Shown here in pieces: positions 61,931-64,000 of a DNA stretch of 64,000 nucleotides (positions are counted from its first letter, which is position 1; the number at the start of each line of letters is the position of its first letter). The notes beneath the pieces were generated by a model that was given only the letters and a program-made list of their open reading frames with translations, had not been told where the DNA came from and made no database searches. Both the position numbers and the translations under genes were made by a program. Source of the DNA: Callorhinchus milii (Eukaryota); the NCBI RefSeq assembly GCF_018977255.1, contig NW_024704742.1, forward strand, positions 37,574,001-37,638,000, written 5' to 3'.

Positions 61931-62499
61931 AACTCACATTGTAATCTTCCTCTATACTTCATTTACTTTCACTTTCTTTTCAGCATTGTCTTAATGTAGC
62001 AGGTTACATCTGTAAAATGAGACCCTGAGTTATAAACTATTCTCTTTTCATCTCAAACATTTCTATTTACCAGGGGCATTGCAATCTGATCATTGTGAAC
62101 CTGACTTTTTATTCATCCAGACTCACAGGTTGGATACAGTTCCAGGGGGCAACCTGTCATTTTCAAGAAACCCCATTAAACCATAGAAATGTACAGCCCA
62201 GAAGAATGAAATTTGGTCCAGCATGTCTGTGCTGGCTCTTTGCAAGAGCAAACTATTCAGTCCCATTTACCTGCTCTTTTCCCAAACATCTCCTTCATCC
62301 ACCTAAAGCTCCCGGTCCCGCAGTTCTATACTGTTTTACTATGATCAGCAAGTCACCGCTCAAGTCATCGGGATCGAGGAATTCAGTAATGTAGCCTCCA
62401 GACATGAAAGGCACTATACAAATGTAATTTGTTGTTGTTATAGGGCAACCAGAAGCCTCTATTTAAAACTTCCACCCTCCATTCACTTTGATTTCCATT

Positions 62500-63548
62500 C
62501 ACTACAGTTCCACAAATGATTTTTCTTCTCGTCCCCGCCCGATCACTTCAGGGGTACCCCAAGGATCCATCCTTAGCCCCTTCTATTCCTCATCTGTATG
62601 CTCCCTCTCGGTGATGTCATCTGCAGACACGGGGCTAACTACATGTATGCAGATGACACTCAACTCTACTTCTCCTCCAGCTGTGACCCGCAGTCCCCTG
62701 ATGTTTTGTCAGCTTGTCTGACATCAAGGCCTGGTTAAGCGCAAACTTCTTGCAGTTAAACATCAACATGACGGAAGCCATACGCTTTGGCTCCCGTCGA
62801 CATCTTCTGCCCTGCAGTTCAGACCTCCTCAACCTCCCCGATCGGTCCTCAAAACTCTCTGAACCCATGTGCAACTTCGGTGTCAGGTTCGATCCCCAGT
62901 TATACTTCTCCCCCACATCCGATCCCTGGCCAGGACCGCTTTCCTTCACATCTGCCTCATTGCCAGTCTCCGACAATACCTCACTCCACAAGCTGCCGAA
63001 ACTCTTGCCCACACCTTCGTCACTTCTCAGCTGGACACTCTAATGCCCTCCTCGCCGGTCTCCCCTCCTCCACTATTCACAAAATTCAACTCATCCAAAA
63101 CTCCACCGCCCGCATTCTCACCTGCACTAAACTCCGCACCCCGATTACCCCAGTCCTTGCCAAACTCCACTGACTCCCTGTCACAGAGCGGATCGACTTC
63201 AAGATCCTCACTTCCATGGCTTGGAACCCCCCTATCTCTCCAATCTCCTCTCTCCTCATAGCATAACCCGCTGCCTCCACTCTACTGGCTCCGTCCTCTT
63301 CCTTGTTTCACAATCGGTGGCCATGCCTTCAGTCACTTTGCCCTGAAGCTTTGGAACTGCCTCCCTCAATCCCTTCAACTTGCCCCCTCTTTCCCCATTT
63401 TCAGGTTGTCCCTGAAGATCTTCTTCTTCGACAGTTCCTATGGTCACCTGCCCCCTCCCCTGACTCATTATCGGGTTCCACCATGGTTAAGTGCTCTGGG
63501 ATGCCGCCTGGCGTGGAGAGCGCTGCCCACGTGTAAGTTGTTGTTGGT
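62500..63548 (+). mobile_element. L2 LINE fragment
   Basis: [21 protein letters not shown], [16 protein letters not shown]. Confidence 0.88.
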
Positions 63549-63640
63549 TGCAAAGAACAAAGATTGAGAAAGCCGCAGACTCAACACAGATTGTGTTTAA
63601 AATAACTTTAGGAAGAGCAAAAGTTTTCAAAAAGATAATC

Positions 63641-63711
63641 TGCATTGGCCGGGAATCGAACCCGGGCCTCCCGCGTGGCAGGCGAGAATTCTACCACTGA
63701 ACCACCAATGC
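63641..63711 (-). tRNA. tRNA-Gly (GCC)
   Basis: Identical 71-nt body; T5 terminator. Confidence 0.98.
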
Positions 63712-63939
63712 AACTCACATGGAGCCAATGTGGGACTGGAAGCCACAATCCTACCAAGTAAATTGGAAAGAAACTGATCCATATGTTTAGCTGCTATGAT
63801 TGATTCCAGAAGGGATTGCAAGCACATAATGCACAACCCATGAGTGGATAAAAGAGGAAAATGAATGGATGTTTATCAACTGCGACACTTAAACCTGCAA
63901 AAGTAAGTTAGGAGGAGAGACAACAAATCAAATCAAGAT

Positions 63940-63983
63940 CTCCCACCTGGCAGGTGAGAATTCTACCACTGAACCACCAATGC
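63940..63983 (-). pseudogene. Truncated tRNA-Gly(GCC) pseudogene (5' ~44 nt only)
   Basis: Acceptor 5' strand, D arm and mutated anticodon arm present; T arm/B box missing. Confidence 0.85.
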
Positions 63984-64000
63984 AACTCACATTGTAAACT

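Overview
Vertebrate nuclear DNA. The repeat content (CR1, L2, tRNA/Deu-type SINEs, Penelope, Tx1) suggests a cartilaginous fish, possibly a holocephalan; this taxon is an inference. Two spliced protein genes lie in tandem on the + strand, in the order I recall for human 4q21. The first is the last 14 coding exons of SDAD1 (247-15699; the 5' part lies upstream of the window). The second is a complete 10-coding-exon NAAA (29587-52700, 352 aa, catalytic F|CTS intact), with a GC-AG intron and a likely 3'-UTR intron. Downstream is a dispersed cluster of four full tRNA-Gly(GCC) genes and one truncated copy, all on the - strand. The rest is dense, often nested, retroelement and MITE debris plus large simple repeats. 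The most unusual object is a ~1.35 kb hAT-like DNA element (degenerate TIRs, 7/8 matching 8-bp TSD) that carries an intron-less, frameshifted 5' fragment of FDXR (adrenodoxin reductase). Also notable are Penelope-derived palindromes with hammerhead-like cores and TSDs, an unclassified poly(A)/TSD short retroposon, and an L2 tail remodelled into the NAAA CpG-island promoter. I see no prokaryotic-type system such as CRISPR. Homology calls rest on recalled protein and repeat sequences, not on database searches; repeat boundaries are approximate.
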